A program made the position numbers and the translations under genes. Below the pieces are notes generated by a model that ran no database searches, was not told where the DNA came from, and saw only the letters and a list, made by a program, of their open reading frames with translations. A DNA stretch of 59,594 bases, from IMG/VR virus record IMGVR_UViG_3300044675_006217; one strand, 5' to 3'. The DNA comes from an uncultured virus (IMG/VR IMGVR_UViG_3300044675_006217) (Duplodnaviria; Heunggongvirae; Uroviricota; Caudoviricetes). This document shows, piece after piece, positions 1 through 9,837 of this stretch (within the stretch, counting starts at the first letter, position 1; every line of letters starts with the position of its first letter).

Positions 1-789
1 AAGTTAGATGGAAAGGGAAACCTTGAGATTAATTACCAACAACATGTTTACAAGTGTTGGGGGTGTGCTGAGACGCATGGTACTCACGGACACTTAGGAA
101 AACTTATAGATAAGTTTGGTTCAAAAAAAGATAAAAAAATATATAAATTAATTAGACCCGATGAGTTTGAAAAAAAAGAAAAGGTTTACAAAAAACTTGA
201 ATTACCAAAAGAATATAAAAAGTTTGACGAGATACACCCACTTCATATTCCAAGAAAAGAGGCTTTTAATTATTTGAAAAAAAGAGGAATCACTGATGAG
301 ATTATAGAAAAGTATCAAATTGGTCTATGTTTAGAGGGTGAATATTCCGGTAGAATCATTGTTCCATCTTTTGATAAAAAAGGAGAATTAAACTTTTTCG
401 TATCAAGGTCGTGGAACCCACGAAGTAAATTAAAATACAAAAACCCTGAAGCATCAAAAGACTTTTTAATTTTTAATGAGAGTTTAATTGATTGGAAAAA
501 AGATATATACCTTGTTGAAGGAGTCTTTGATAGTTTCTTTTTGGACAATTCAATTTGTCTATTAGGGAAGTTTTTAACAGACAACCTTTGGGAAAAACTA
601 TACTCAAAGGCGAAAAAAAATATTATAGTTTGCTTGGATGGCGACGCATATACCGACGCTAAAAACCTATATGACAAACTAAACGGAGGAGCTTTATATA
701 ACAGAGTTAAGTTAGTGAAGTTGCCAAAAGATAAAGATGTGTGTGACCTTAAAGGTGACATCGAAAAATATTATGTAGAATTTAAATGA
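1..789 (+). CDS. DNA primase (Zn-binding + TOPRIM), 5'-truncated by window edge
   Basis: Frame 1 is open from base 1 (KLDGKGNLEINY...KCWGC). It continues into YLKKRGI, RIIVP, YKNP, LVEGVFD and CLDGDA (TOPRIM DxD) and ends in KDVCD, as in DnaG/gp61-like primases. Confidence 0.85.
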   Translation, partial: KLDGKGNLEINYQQHVYKCWGCAETHGTHGHLGKLIDKFGSKKDKKIYKLIRPDEFEKKEKVYKKLELPKEYKKFDEIHPLHIPRKEAFNYLKKRGITDEIIEKYQIGLCLEGEYSGRIIVPSFDKKGELNFFVSRSWNPRSKLKYKNPEASKDFLIFNESLIDWKKDIYLVEGVFDSFFLDNSICLLGKFLTDNLWEKLYSKAKKNIIVCLDGDAYTDAKNLYDKLNGGALYNRVKLVKLPKDKDVCDLKGDIEKYYVEFK

Positions 790-1646
790 TAGATTTAAAA
801 GAAGTAGCAAAAGAAATACGAGAGATTATTTCTGAAAAACAAAAAGAGTTTCAATTAACTTTTGAAGAAGATAAACACAAGTACACAATGTTAGATGTGA
901 ATGGTGTTGTTAGAGATGATTTCCCATCTGTATCAAAAGTGATGAAGTTATTTTATGATGAATTTCCGGCTGAGGATGTTGCAAGAAAATTGGCGAAAGG
1001 TAGTCCATATGCGATGCACACTTATTTAGAAGAGTGGAAACAATCCGGAATCATTTCAACAAATATGGGTAGTAGGGTTCACTATGAACTTGAATTAGAA
1101 ACAATTAACAAATTCAAAATAGATAAAGAAGTTCGACAACCATTATTTGAATGTGATTTAGAACTTACTATGAAAGGCGATAGAATGATAAAGGCTGGTA
1201 AAAAGTTTTTGTCACTCATGGAAGAACGAGGAGCTGTCTTACTTGATACGGAGATTGTTTTAGGTCATCCTGAATTAGGATATACTGGTCAGCCCGATAA
1301 AGTTTGGTTAATGTTAAATAAACAAAAAACCGGATTCGGTATTGTAATTACGGATTGGAAAACCAACAAGGAAAAAAACATGGAAGTAAATGACTACACA
1401 AAACCCATGAAAAAACCTTTTGAAAAACTCCCAAACAACGCTCTTGGTCACTACAACACACAATTACCTTTTTATGGTAAGTTATTATTAAAGATGTTAG
1501 AAGGGACTAAATATGAAAATATTCCACTAATGGGTGGTGTAATTGTTCATTTAACAGAAAACGTTGAGTTCAAAGAATACCGAATACCAAGAGATGTCGT
1601 CGACACTATTTTGAAAATGGATATGTCTGAATATTTGACTAAATAA
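786..1646 (+). CDS. PD-(D/E)xK superfamily exonuclease
   Basis: PSVS, GSRVH, E-x-G-QPD and DWKT motifs, plus a Q-L-x-x-Y motif. Confidence 0.75.
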   Translation: MIDLKEVAKEIREIISEKQKEFQLTFEEDKHKYTMLDVNGVVRDDFPSVSKVMKLFYDEFPAEDVARKLAKGSPYAMHTYLEEWKQSGIISTNMGSRVHYELELETINKFKIDKEVRQPLFECDLELTMKGDRMIKAGKKFLSLMEERGAVLLDTEIVLGHPELGYTGQPDKVWLMLNKQKTGFGIVITDWKTNKEKNMEVNDYTKPMKKPFEKLPNNALGHYNTQLPFYGKLLLKMLEGTKYENIPLMGGVIVHLTENVEFKEYRIPRDVVDTILKMDMSEYLTK

Positions 1647-1754
1647 AACTAATAAATTATATTTCACTATGGAAACTACAATTACACCTGTTTGGTACAT
1701 AAATACCAGTTGGGACAATTCAACAATTAAAATAAACATAAATTATATAATAAA

Positions 1755-1973
1755 ATGAGCGACGATATTATTAGACCAAAAATTGATTTAAGACAACAAG
1801 AAACTATTAAATGTGAAAAATGTGAATCAATTTATTTTAAAGAAGTGACTATGTTAAAAAAAGTTCCTAAACTTTTGACAGGTAGTCATGAAGACACGAT
1901 TGTTCCATTTCCTACTTACATGTGTAGTGATTGTGGTAATGTGAATAAAGATTTACAACTATTCGACAAGTAA
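1755..1973 (+). CDS. small zinc-ribbon protein
   Basis: CEKC ... CSDC pairs, 72 aa. Confidence 0.7.
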   Translation: MSDDIIRPKIDLRQQETIKCEKCESIYFKEVTMLKKVPKLLTGSHEDTIVPFPTYMCSDCGNVNKDLQLFDK

Positions 1974-2119
1974 TGGAAGTAAGTAAAATGACAATTACGG
2001 AAGCTTTTCCACATTTAAAAAGTATTGCAAATCTTTATGGTTTAAAACTTAATAGAGCAAAAGAATTTAAATTGGCAAGAACCATTTTAATTAATCTTTA
2101 TTGTAGAGAATTATGTTAA
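1973..2119 (+). CDS. hypothetical protein (48 aa, not in ORF track)
   Basis: TAATG overlap with the upstream gene; MEVSKMTITEAFPHLK...RELC*; fills the gap in the operon. Confidence 0.55.
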   Translation: MEVSKMTITEAFPHLKSIANLYGLKLNRAKEFKLARTILINLYCRELC

Positions 2120-2355
2120 GTTATAAAGAATTTTATATTTGGTTACAAGGTTACCTTCATGGAAAATTAGAAGATAAGAACATTGATATTGCACCAATTG
2201 TGGAAAAGATGGATTTGGTGAAAGAAAGTAGCAAAATTGATATTTCTGAACCATTTAGAATACCAATACCGGTGAATCCTTTTCCAATTCAAGACGACCC
2301 ATATAAACCACCATTTGAGGTATATTGTAATGATAAACAACAATTAAATGATTAA
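2113..2355 (+). CDS. hypothetical protein
   Basis: Operon-packed ORF with phage-type F-x-x-WLQGY N-terminus. Confidence 0.65.
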   Translation: MLSYKEFYIWLQGYLHGKLEDKNIDIAPIVEKMDLVKESSKIDISEPFRIPIPVNPFPIQDDPYKPPFEVYCNDKQQLND

Positions 2356-2554
2356 AATTATGAAAACAGAAATTAATGAGATGGCAATTACTCAACAAGT
2401 AAAAATTGCATTAGAAAACTCCAACTTAAATGTTGTTGTTACACCGATTATGTTTGACTCCGACGCATTTAATCCTGTGTTAGGTGTATTAGTAAAAAAC
2501 GAAGATTCAAGTTATACTAGAAAATATACAATAACGGTTAAACCGAACAATTAA
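2348..2554 (+). CDS. hypothetical protein
   Basis: Operon-packed ORF. Confidence 0.6.
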   Translation: MIKIMKTEINEMAITQQVKIALENSNLNVVVTPIMFDSDAFNPVLGVLVKNEDSSYTRKYTITVKPNN

Positions 2555-3334
2555 ATGATTAAAACTTTAGTACACTTTTCTGACTTACACATCCGTCTTT
2601 TTAAAGACCACGATTTGTATAAATCAATTTTGGAAACTGCCATTGAACAATGGAAAGAATTAAATCCAGATAGGATTGTATTCACTGGCGACTTAGTTCA
2701 TTCTAAAAATCAGATGACACCTGAACTTATTGAGATGGTTAGATGGTTATTGACTGAATGTTCAAATATAGCTAAGACAATCATCATACCTGGAAACCAC
2801 GACTTCTTGGTAAATAACACGGAAAGATTGGACGCACTATCACCTATTATTAGTTCACTTAATAGTAATAATATTTCCTACTACAAAGATAGAGGTGTCT
2901 ACGAAGATGAGAACATTAGTTGGTGCGTATATTCACAATACCAAGGAAATATTCCACCTGATTTAACCGAAGCAAAAGGAACCCGAATTGGATTATTTCA
3001 TGGACCAATTCAAGGAATGAAAACAGACCTTGGTTTTGACTTTGGTGAAGAGGCATATGATGTTGAAAAGTTTGATGGACTTGAAACCGTATTATGTGGT
3101 GATATTCACAAACGACAAGAGTTTAAATTTAAAACAGGTAAAGGTTATATGATTGGAAGTCCAATTCAACAAAACATTGGTGAAAGTATTGGAAGACACG
3201 GTTATGGAATATATGATGTTGAAAGTAAGGACTATAATTATGTTGATTTAGATAACCCAAAACCATTTTTGAAGTTTTCCATAAAATCATTTGAAGATAT
3301 TGAAAATGGAACAGAAAGACTCCAAAATATTTAG
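2555..3334 (+). CDS. SbcD/Mre11/gp47-like metallophosphoesterase nuclease
   Basis: SDLH, TGDLVH, PGNHD, FHG and GDIH calcineurin-like motifs; an SbcC-like gene lies nearby. Confidence 0.9.
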   Translation: MIKTLVHFSDLHIRLFKDHDLYKSILETAIEQWKELNPDRIVFTGDLVHSKNQMTPELIEMVRWLLTECSNIAKTIIIPGNHDFLVNNTERLDALSPIISSLNSNNISYYKDRGVYEDENISWCVYSQYQGNIPPDLTEAKGTRIGLFHGPIQGMKTDLGFDFGEEAYDVEKFDGLETVLCGDIHKRQEFKFKTGKGYMIGSPIQQNIGESIGRHGYGIYDVESKDYNYVDLDNPKPFLKFSIKSFEDIENGTERLQNI

Positions 3335-4061
3335 TAAAGAAATAATGCAGGCAGTGTCTGCATTTTGTGAATCTAAAGAAATAAAAGACGTTGATAATTT
3401 TATTTATCTATGTTTTAAACAAGGATTTGATATTAAAAAATATGGGTTTTTGGGAAAACCACTTAATGAAGGTGAAAAAGACTTAAATACTAATGAAACC
3501 GGTGAAAAAGACTTAATAAAGGAAGTGATTGTTGAAAAACTGGTAGAAGTACCTATTGAAGTCATCAAAGAGGTTGAAGTAATTAAAGAAGTTCCGGTCG
3601 ATAGAGTGGTTGAGAAAATAATATATACCACCGATGACAATCAAATAAACGAACTTGGTAAAAAAAACGCCAAGTTGGAAATCGAACTGTTAAGAAATTC
3701 CGAACAGTTGGATGAACTGTTGTTAAAAATACAACAGTTGAACGGAGAAATTACGATTAAGTCCACAGAAATTGACAACATTAGACAAGAATTTTCAATT
3801 AAAACAAAAGAAATGGAAAATTTTTATCAAAATGAAATGTCTAAAAAGGATAATGATTTAGACGAACTTAGACGTAATTTAGACATTTCTGTAGACGATG
3901 GTAAGTCGAAGATGTTACAACAAACCATCCAAAATTTAAATTCAGAAATAAGGGATTTAAAAAATAAAAACAAAGAATTAGAAAAAAAAATATTAGAGCA
4001 ACCAAAAAATAATTCGTTTATCAACGCAAAATTTCACGGAAGCTCCAATTTAAACGGTTAA
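3291..4061 (+). CDS. coiled-coil protein with EVIKEV repeats
   Basis: VEVPIEVIKEVEVIKEVPV low-complexity repeat followed by a heptad-rich C-terminal half. Confidence 0.65.
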   Translation: MKILKMEQKDSKIFSKEIMQAVSAFCESKEIKDVDNFIYLCFKQGFDIKKYGFLGKPLNEGEKDLNTNETGEKDLIKEVIVEKLVEVPIEVIKEVEVIKEVPVDRVVEKIIYTTDDNQINELGKKNAKLEIELLRNSEQLDELLLKIQQLNGEITIKSTEIDNIRQEFSIKTKEMENFYQNEMSKKDNDLDELRRNLDISVDDGKSKMLQQTIQNLNSEIRDLKNKNKELEKKILEQPKNNSFINAKFHGSSNLNG

Positions 4062-4071
4062 AAAAAAATAT

Positions 4072-4422
4072 ATGGAAATTTTAGTATGGTTTATTTTAAG
4101 TTATGGATTAATGAACATTATGGTTTATGGGTCCATATTTCAGGGTTTAAGAAACTTTTTTAAAAATTGGGGTGAAAATAAATTCATGCCACTTCATTTT
4201 TTAGGTGAGTTTATTTCAGGGATATTATCCTGCCCGATGTGTTTTTCAACATGGGGAGGTTTTGTATTATCCTTGTTGATTTATTCACCAACAAATGATA
4301 TGTTTAATACACCGATTTGGGGTTCATGGTTCTTTGATGGTGTTTTGTCATCAGGAGCTGTTTGGGCAATCAATTCGGTAATTGAATGGTACGAACAAAA
4401 CAGACCAAGTAATAAATTTTAA
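4072..4422 (+). CDS. membrane protein, DUF1360-like
   Basis: Hydrophobic helices with an L-S-C-P-M-C-F-S-T-W motif. Confidence 0.6.
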   Translation: MEILVWFILSYGLMNIMVYGSIFQGLRNFFKNWGENKFMPLHFLGEFISGILSCPMCFSTWGGFVLSLLIYSPTNDMFNTPIWGSWFFDGVLSSGAVWAINSVIEWYEQNRPSNKF

Positions 4423-4433
4423 ATTAAATAAAA

Positions 4434-4721
4434 ATGGGTAAAGCGGCAAAAGCACATAGAGCAAAAGTTCAAAAGAGAAACAAAAAAGTTAAACAAGAAG
4501 AATATACTCTTAGAAAGAAATGGAATGAGGCGTTTCAAAAACAAATGGAAGAATTGAAAGAAAAGTTCGCACAAATGTCAGGAGACACCGAAAATATTGA
4601 AGATGTTGTTTCTGAAGGAACAGATAATGATACTACGGAAACACCCAATTATGACACAATATTAGAAGACGGAACAAAAGTGCAAATATCAGGTTTCCAC
4701 AACGTTGGTGAAAACGATTAA
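4434..4721 (+). CDS. hypothetical protein (basic N-terminus, acidic C-terminus)
   Basis: Operon-packed ORF. Confidence 0.6.
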   Translation: MGKAAKAHRAKVQKRNKKVKQEEYTLRKKWNEAFQKQMEELKEKFAQMSGDTENIEDVVSEGTDNDTTETPNYDTILEDGTKVQISGFHNVGEND

Positions 4722-4726
4722 TCAAT

Positions 4727-7099
4727 ATGGATTTATTTAATCCACCAAAAAAATTTAATTACAATATTATGATTAAAGACCTTGATTTTTCAAAGTTTAT
4801 AAACCCGACCATACAAGTTGTTTGGGAAGATTTGCCTGAAAATTTTACACAAGACAAAATTAAAAGTGTTAAACATTACTTTTCCAAAAAGTATAACACT
4901 ACCAACGTCAATGTTTTAACAAAGGCTAAAATCACAAATACTGACGAGGTTCAAACGATAGATGTGTCAGTTAATATAACTGATGCGAACTACCAGTTGG
5001 GTTTAATGAGACAATATTTGGAAGGTAAAGGTCTTACAGGTCATACCGATGAAATCCTTTCAATTAATAAAATAGTTGAAAACAAGATTTTAGAAAAACA
5101 CGAAGAAACCACACAATTTAAAAAGTGGTATATTAAAAACATTGAGTTCTCAAACTTTCTATCTTATGGCGAAAATCAAAAATTAGATTTTGAAAAACTT
5201 AACGGTATTGTTGTTATTGAATCGGACCCACCAAACTTTGGTGGTAAGACGGTTTTATCGGTAGACCTTTTGATGTTCTTGTTTTTTAATGAAACAACCA
5301 AAACAACAAAGGCTGAAGAAATATTCAACCGATTTACAAATAAAGATAAAGTTTATGTAAAAGGTGAAGTATCAATCGATGGTGAAGATTACATTATCGT
5401 AAGAAACATTGAAAGAAAGTTGTCCAAGAAAAATGAATGGAATGTAAAAACAGAATTGGACTTCTTTAAAAAATTATCTGATGGTAGTTTACAAAACTTT
5501 ACTGGCGAACAAAGACGTGAAACTGAAGCATTTATTAAAACTTCTATTGGAACAAAAGAAGACTTTTTAATGACCATTCTTACAACAGCATCAAATCTTG
5601 AAGAATTGTTGGAAGCAAAACCAACTGCTCGTGGTCAGGTGTTATCAAGATTTATGGGGTTGGAGTTTTTGAAAAGAAAAGAAGAAATTGCAAAAGAAGT
5701 ATATGGAGATTTTTCAAAATCAAAGATGTCAAATGTATATTCTTCACAACAACTTAAAGACAACAACGAAGAGTTGAAAAATACAATTTCTACTAATTTG
5801 AAAAAAATTGAAGAAGTTAAAATTGAGTTGAAAGATATTGAGGAGAAAGTTAAAAAAGGAAAAGAGTATCGGGATGGAATGTTAAAGAAAAAACATTCTG
5901 ATATTGACCAAGAAATCTCTGTGTTGAATCCTGAAAAAACACAAGAAGAAATCAACACAATCAACTACGAAAAAAGCACATTCATATCAAAAATAAATGA
6001 ACTTAAAGTTGTCGAACCAAGTGAGTTTTATCATGAAGATAAACATGATGAAGTTAAAGAACAATATAATAGTGTTTATAAAGAGATTGTTCAAATTGAC
6101 ACGGAAATTTCTTCAATTAACAAATTGAAGTCTTCAGTCGAAGGTGGAATTAAATGTGAACATTGTGGGATTGAGTTAATGAATGCAGCAATCACCAATT
6201 CAAAAATTGCAGAATTAGATGGACTTATTGTGCAAAAAAACACAAAAACAACACTTATTACGGATTTATCCAACAAAGAACAATCATTTGTGCAACTTAA
6301 AAAAGAGTTTGATGAATATGAAAAAAACAAACTCATCAAGGAAAAATACGAATTATCAGTTGAAAGTTGTGATTTGAAAATTGAAAGTTTTAATTCAAAA
6401 CTTAAAAGATATTTTGAGATACAGGATAAGATTAAAGACAATCAACAAATTGAAACAATGTTGATTAAAGCGGATATGAGACTTGATGAACTTGAAACAC
6501 AAAAAACATCAAAGAAATCTGAAATTACAACACTGGAGGTGGGTAATACTAACAACCAAGAAAAAATTGAAAATAACCTTAAACTGATTGAACAAATCAA
6601 AAAAGAAGAGGAAAAAGAAAAGAACTTTAAAATCTACTTGGAGTTGTTTGGTAAGAATGGAATATCAAAAATGATTATGAAGACTATGATGCCACTAATC
6701 AATTCAGAACTTCAAAGATTGATGGAGGATAGTTCATACTTTAAATTGGAGATTAGAATTAACGATAAAAACGAGGTGGAGTTTGTGATGATTGATAACT
6801 CAACTGGAATTGAAAAACTGATGGTTTCTGGTTCAGGATATGAAAGAACCATCGCAGCTATGTCATTAAGAGCTGTACTGTCAAAAGTATGTTCACTTTC
6901 AAAACCAAATATAATAGTGTGGGATGAGGTCTTTGGAAAAATAAGTAATGATAACTTGGATATGGTTTATGAGTTCTTCACTAAGATTAAAGACTATTTT
7001 GAAAAAATCTTTGTTATAACACACACGAATTTAGTGTCGCAATGGGCGGACAGTGTTGTTAAAATTAAAAAAGAAAATAATGTGTCAAAAGTTTTGTAA
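4727..7099 (+). CDS. SbcC/Rad50/gp46-like SMC ATPase with ~130-aa N-terminal extension
   Basis: NFLSYG, variant Walker A (PPNFGGKT), long coiled coil with CEHC zinc hook, SGSGYE signature, IIVWDE Walker B, ITH loop. Confidence 0.92.
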   Translation: MDLFNPPKKFNYNIMIKDLDFSKFINPTIQVVWEDLPENFTQDKIKSVKHYFSKKYNTTNVNVLTKAKITNTDEVQTIDVSVNITDANYQLGLMRQYLEGKGLTGHTDEILSINKIVENKILEKHEETTQFKKWYIKNIEFSNFLSYGENQKLDFEKLNGIVVIESDPPNFGGKTVLSVDLLMFLFFNETTKTTKAEEIFNRFTNKDKVYVKGEVSIDGEDYIIVRNIERKLSKKNEWNVKTELDFFKKLSDGSLQNFTGEQRRETEAFIKTSIGTKEDFLMTILTTASNLEELLEAKPTARGQVLSRFMGLEFLKRKEEIAKEVYGDFSKSKMSNVYSSQQLKDNNEELKNTISTNLKKIEEVKIELKDIEEKVKKGKEYRDGMLKKKHSDIDQEISVLNPEKTQEEINTINYEKSTFISKINELKVVEPSEFYHEDKHDEVKEQYNSVYKEIVQIDTEISSINKLKSSVEGGIKCEHCGIELMNAAITNSKIAELDGLIVQKNTKTTLITDLSNKEQSFVQLKKEFDEYEKNKLIKEKYELSVESCDLKIESFNSKLKRYFEIQDKIKDNQQIETMLIKADMRLDELETQKTSKKSEITTLEVGNTNNQEKIENNLKLIEQIKKEEEKEKNFKIYLELFGKNGISKMIMKTMMPLINSELQRLMEDSSYFKLEIRINDKNEVEFVMIDNSTGIEKLMVSGSGYERTIAAMSLRAVLSKVCSLSKPNIIVWDEVFGKISNDNLDMVYEFFTKIKDYFEKIFVITHTNLVSQWADSVVKIKKENNVSKVL

Positions 7100-7141
7100 T
7101 TCTAAATATTTTTATTATTTTTATAGTATAAATAAAAAAAA

Positions 7142-7714
7142 ATGATTTCAGAAAACACGCTAAAACTGATAAAAAAAGAAAATAAGTTGGTATACTATCT
7201 TATTATTGCGTTTTTTAAACTAATTGAATTAAAAAAATTAAGAGATTTAGGAAAAATATTAGCAGAATCCAATGAATACATCCAAATGGATTGGATAAAT
7301 GAAAATACTTTTTTAAAAATTAAAAAACGAGACGATAATGACTTGAATGGGAGTGGTTATGATTTAATTACTTGGGATGGATTAATAACTATCCAAGGTA
7401 AAATTAGGTCCGATAAGTTTCACTTAGAACAGACACGTAGAAAATCTGAAAAAAACAAAAACTCATCTGTTACTGGTCACGTTTCATACTCTGTTGGTGA
7501 GGCCGACATTTATTTGTTTTCTAGACCGGATACGGAAGATTATGGTAATATTGAAAAATGGTCTTTTATTGCAATTCCCGAACGTGAGTTAATTGACCCT
7601 AAAAATCCTAATTATTTAATAACTAGTGTCCCTAAAAAAATTTGGTTAAATTATTTGGACAAAGCAAAAGAAGTTCTTGAGAGTGAATATAATAAAAAAG
7701 TTAACAGAGATTAA
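7142..7714 (+). CDS. putative restriction-endonuclease-fold protein
   Basis: GYDL-x9-QGK resembles a PD-(D/E/Q)xK core; lies directly upstream of an MTase. Confidence 0.45.
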   Translation: MISENTLKLIKKENKLVYYLIIAFFKLIELKKLRDLGKILAESNEYIQMDWINENTFLKIKKRDDNDLNGSGYDLITWDGLITIQGKIRSDKFHLEQTRRKSEKNKNSSVTGHVSYSVGEADIYLFSRPDTEDYGNIEKWSFIAIPERELIDPKNPNYLITSVPKKIWLNYLDKAKEVLESEYNKKVNRD

Positions 7715-7763
7715 AATTATTGATTAGTGGTTTATTAATTGGTTTTTTTAAGTATTTATTAAT

Positions 7764-8708
7764 ATGTTAACAAGTAAAAATATGAACGAATATATTGTAG
7801 GGGATAATTTAATCGAACTAACTAAACTAAGAGAAGAGAAAAAAAAAATTAATTTAATTTATTTTGACCCCCCATATAACACTGGAAGAGACTTTGATGA
7901 CTTTGACGATAAGTATAAATCATACGAATCATACCGAAATGATTTTATAAAACCAAGATTAGAAATCATGCATAATCTATTGGTTAGTTCTGGTGTTATA
8001 ATTGTTCATGTGGAACCTTCAGTTTCACACCATATTAGAATTGTATTAGATGAAGTGTTTGGTGAAAAAAATTTTAGAAATGAAGTAGTTTGGAAAAGTG
8101 GGGGCAACAAAAAATCATCTAAAAAACTGATGAGATTTCACGACACCATTATCGTGTATTCAAAATCCACAAAGTATACGTATAATCCACAGTATTTACC
8201 ATATAACGATGATTACAAGAAAAAAAATAATCTAAAAAAAGATGATATTGGTGAGTACACCACCAGCGCCGCTCACAACTCACAACCTAATGTTGTACAG
8301 AGACCTAATTTAAGATACGAATGGAATGGACATTTCAAACAATGGTGGTGGTCTATAGAAAAAATGAAAGAGTTAGATTCCCAAAAAAGATTGGAATACA
8401 ATGCTAATGGAATCCCAAGAGTAAAAAAATACTTACACGAAATGGATGGTATTCCGGTAAGGGATTTGTGGATTGACATTAACCAAATACAAGGAAGCGA
8501 AAAACTTGATTATGCAACACAAAAACCTGTAAAACTATTAGAAAGAATAGTAAATATGTTTTCTAACAAGGGAGATTTAGTACTTGACCCGTTTGCGGGT
8601 TCTGGAACAACAGGTAGGGCGTGTATTAATACTAATAGAAATTACATAATGTTAGATATTAATAGTAAAGGAAAAAAAATATTTGAAGACTCAATTTTAA
8701 AAAAATAA
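7764..8708 (+). CDS. N6-adenine DNA methyltransferase (beta class, N6_N4_Mtase)
   Basis: DPPYNTG, FRNEVVW, TQKP and LDPFAGSGTT motifs. Confidence 0.93.
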   Translation: MLTSKNMNEYIVGDNLIELTKLREEKKKINLIYFDPPYNTGRDFDDFDDKYKSYESYRNDFIKPRLEIMHNLLVSSGVIIVHVEPSVSHHIRIVLDEVFGEKNFRNEVVWKSGGNKKSSKKLMRFHDTIIVYSKSTKYTYNPQYLPYNDDYKKKNNLKKDDIGEYTTSAAHNSQPNVVQRPNLRYEWNGHFKQWWWSIEKMKELDSQKRLEYNANGIPRVKKYLHEMDGIPVRDLWIDINQIQGSEKLDYATQKPVKLLERIVNMFSNKGDLVLDPFAGSGTTGRACINTNRNYIMLDINSKGKKIFEDSILKK

Positions 8709-8712
8709 AATT

Positions 8713-9237
8713 ATGACCCTAACTTATTCTAAAAAAGGGGTAACCTTTTCACCCCTCTCTACGTATACAATGGTAGACGGAACTATGGTTGCAATTTATC
8801 AGGGAAATAGAGGTGAAAATCCTGAACTTGACTTTATTGTAAAATACAAAGAAACTAACAAACGTTTAAGAACACCAAGTCATACGCACTGGATTACTGA
8901 CCTTTTAGTAAAATGTGAATATAATAAAGTGATTGTTGGTAAGTTTGTAAAAAAAGTATTATCTTTGTATGAAACAACGGAACCATTCAACAACACAGAA
9001 GAAAGAAATAGTTACGAACTTAATTTTTACAAAAAACATTTATATGAGTTTGATGTTTTAGACAATCATGGGTATTATAAGATGGACACCCTTGTGAGTT
9101 TTATTGAGTTATTTACCATCTGCGAAAAACAAACAAAAGACGCCTACATGTTCAAAACATTATTAACTTTAGTGTTAGAATATTGTGAAGGAAAAAAGGA
9201 TTTTTACCAAATTGTATCATATTCAAAACGAGTTTAA
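8713..9237 (+). CDS. hypothetical protein associated with MTase cassette
   Basis: ORF starts 4 nt after the MTase; RTPSHTHW motif. Confidence 0.6.
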   Translation: MTLTYSKKGVTFSPLSTYTMVDGTMVAIYQGNRGENPELDFIVKYKETNKRLRTPSHTHWITDLLVKCEYNKVIVGKFVKKVLSLYETTEPFNNTEERNSYELNFYKKHLYEFDVLDNHGYYKMDTLVSFIELFTICEKQTKDAYMFKTLLTLVLEYCEGKKDFYQIVSYSKRV

Positions 9238-9246
9238 AAGATATTT

Positions 9247-9837
9247 ATGAGAAAGAAGAAAACAGAAATGAAATCACAAGACAAAAGATATATGCTTTTT
9301 ATTTTCGGTGATTTCACAGAAATGGAAAAGTTTATTGAGGACATTTCGTATCAGCTAATAACGGTGGTTTCTAGTGAATACCTAAAGTTTAATTATGGTG
9401 AGTTTGGTGTAGTTTTACACTTTAGAACCAAAGAACCTTTTATGGAACTAAAAGAATACGTTGATATGTGTTTGGACGGAGTAGTTGAGCAGTATTTTTT
9501 GATGGAGGCGACAGAAAACGTGGACATCAAAATGGAACGAAAATTGAAGAGAGATTTTTTAAATATAGATGGAGTAAAAAAAGAAACAAAAACAAAAGGA
9601 GTACATAAAGATGAATTATCAGAAGAAAAAAAGAAAAGAATGAACAATATAATGGAGTTCATATTTCCACTAACGGAAGACATGATTAAAAATCCATTTT
9701 TAAAAGAAGAAAAAAAAGAGAAACCGACTGTAGACCAAATTTTGGATAAGATTTCAGAAAAAGGTATAGAGTCATTAACAGAGGAAGAAAAACAAATATT
9801 AGACAATTATGGAAAGAGAGAAAACCGAGGAAATTAA
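9247..9837 (+). CDS. hypothetical protein with C-terminal DUF6576-like helical motif
   Basis: VDQILDKISEKGIESLTEEEKQILD. Confidence 0.65.
   Translation: MRKKKTEMKSQDKRYMLFIFGDFTEMEKFIEDISYQLITVVSSEYLKFNYGEFGVVLHFRTKEPFMELKEYVDMCLDGVVEQYFLMEATENVDIKMERKLKRDFLNIDGVKKETKTKGVHKDELSEEKKKRMNNIMEFIFPLTEDMIKNPFLKEEKKEKPTVDQILDKISEKGIESLTEEEKQILDNYGKRENRGN

Noticed and set aside
786..1646. Cas4 linked to the CRISPR-like array
   Set aside because: It lacks the four-cysteine Fe-S cluster motif, lies in a replication operon and is ~50 kb from the array.
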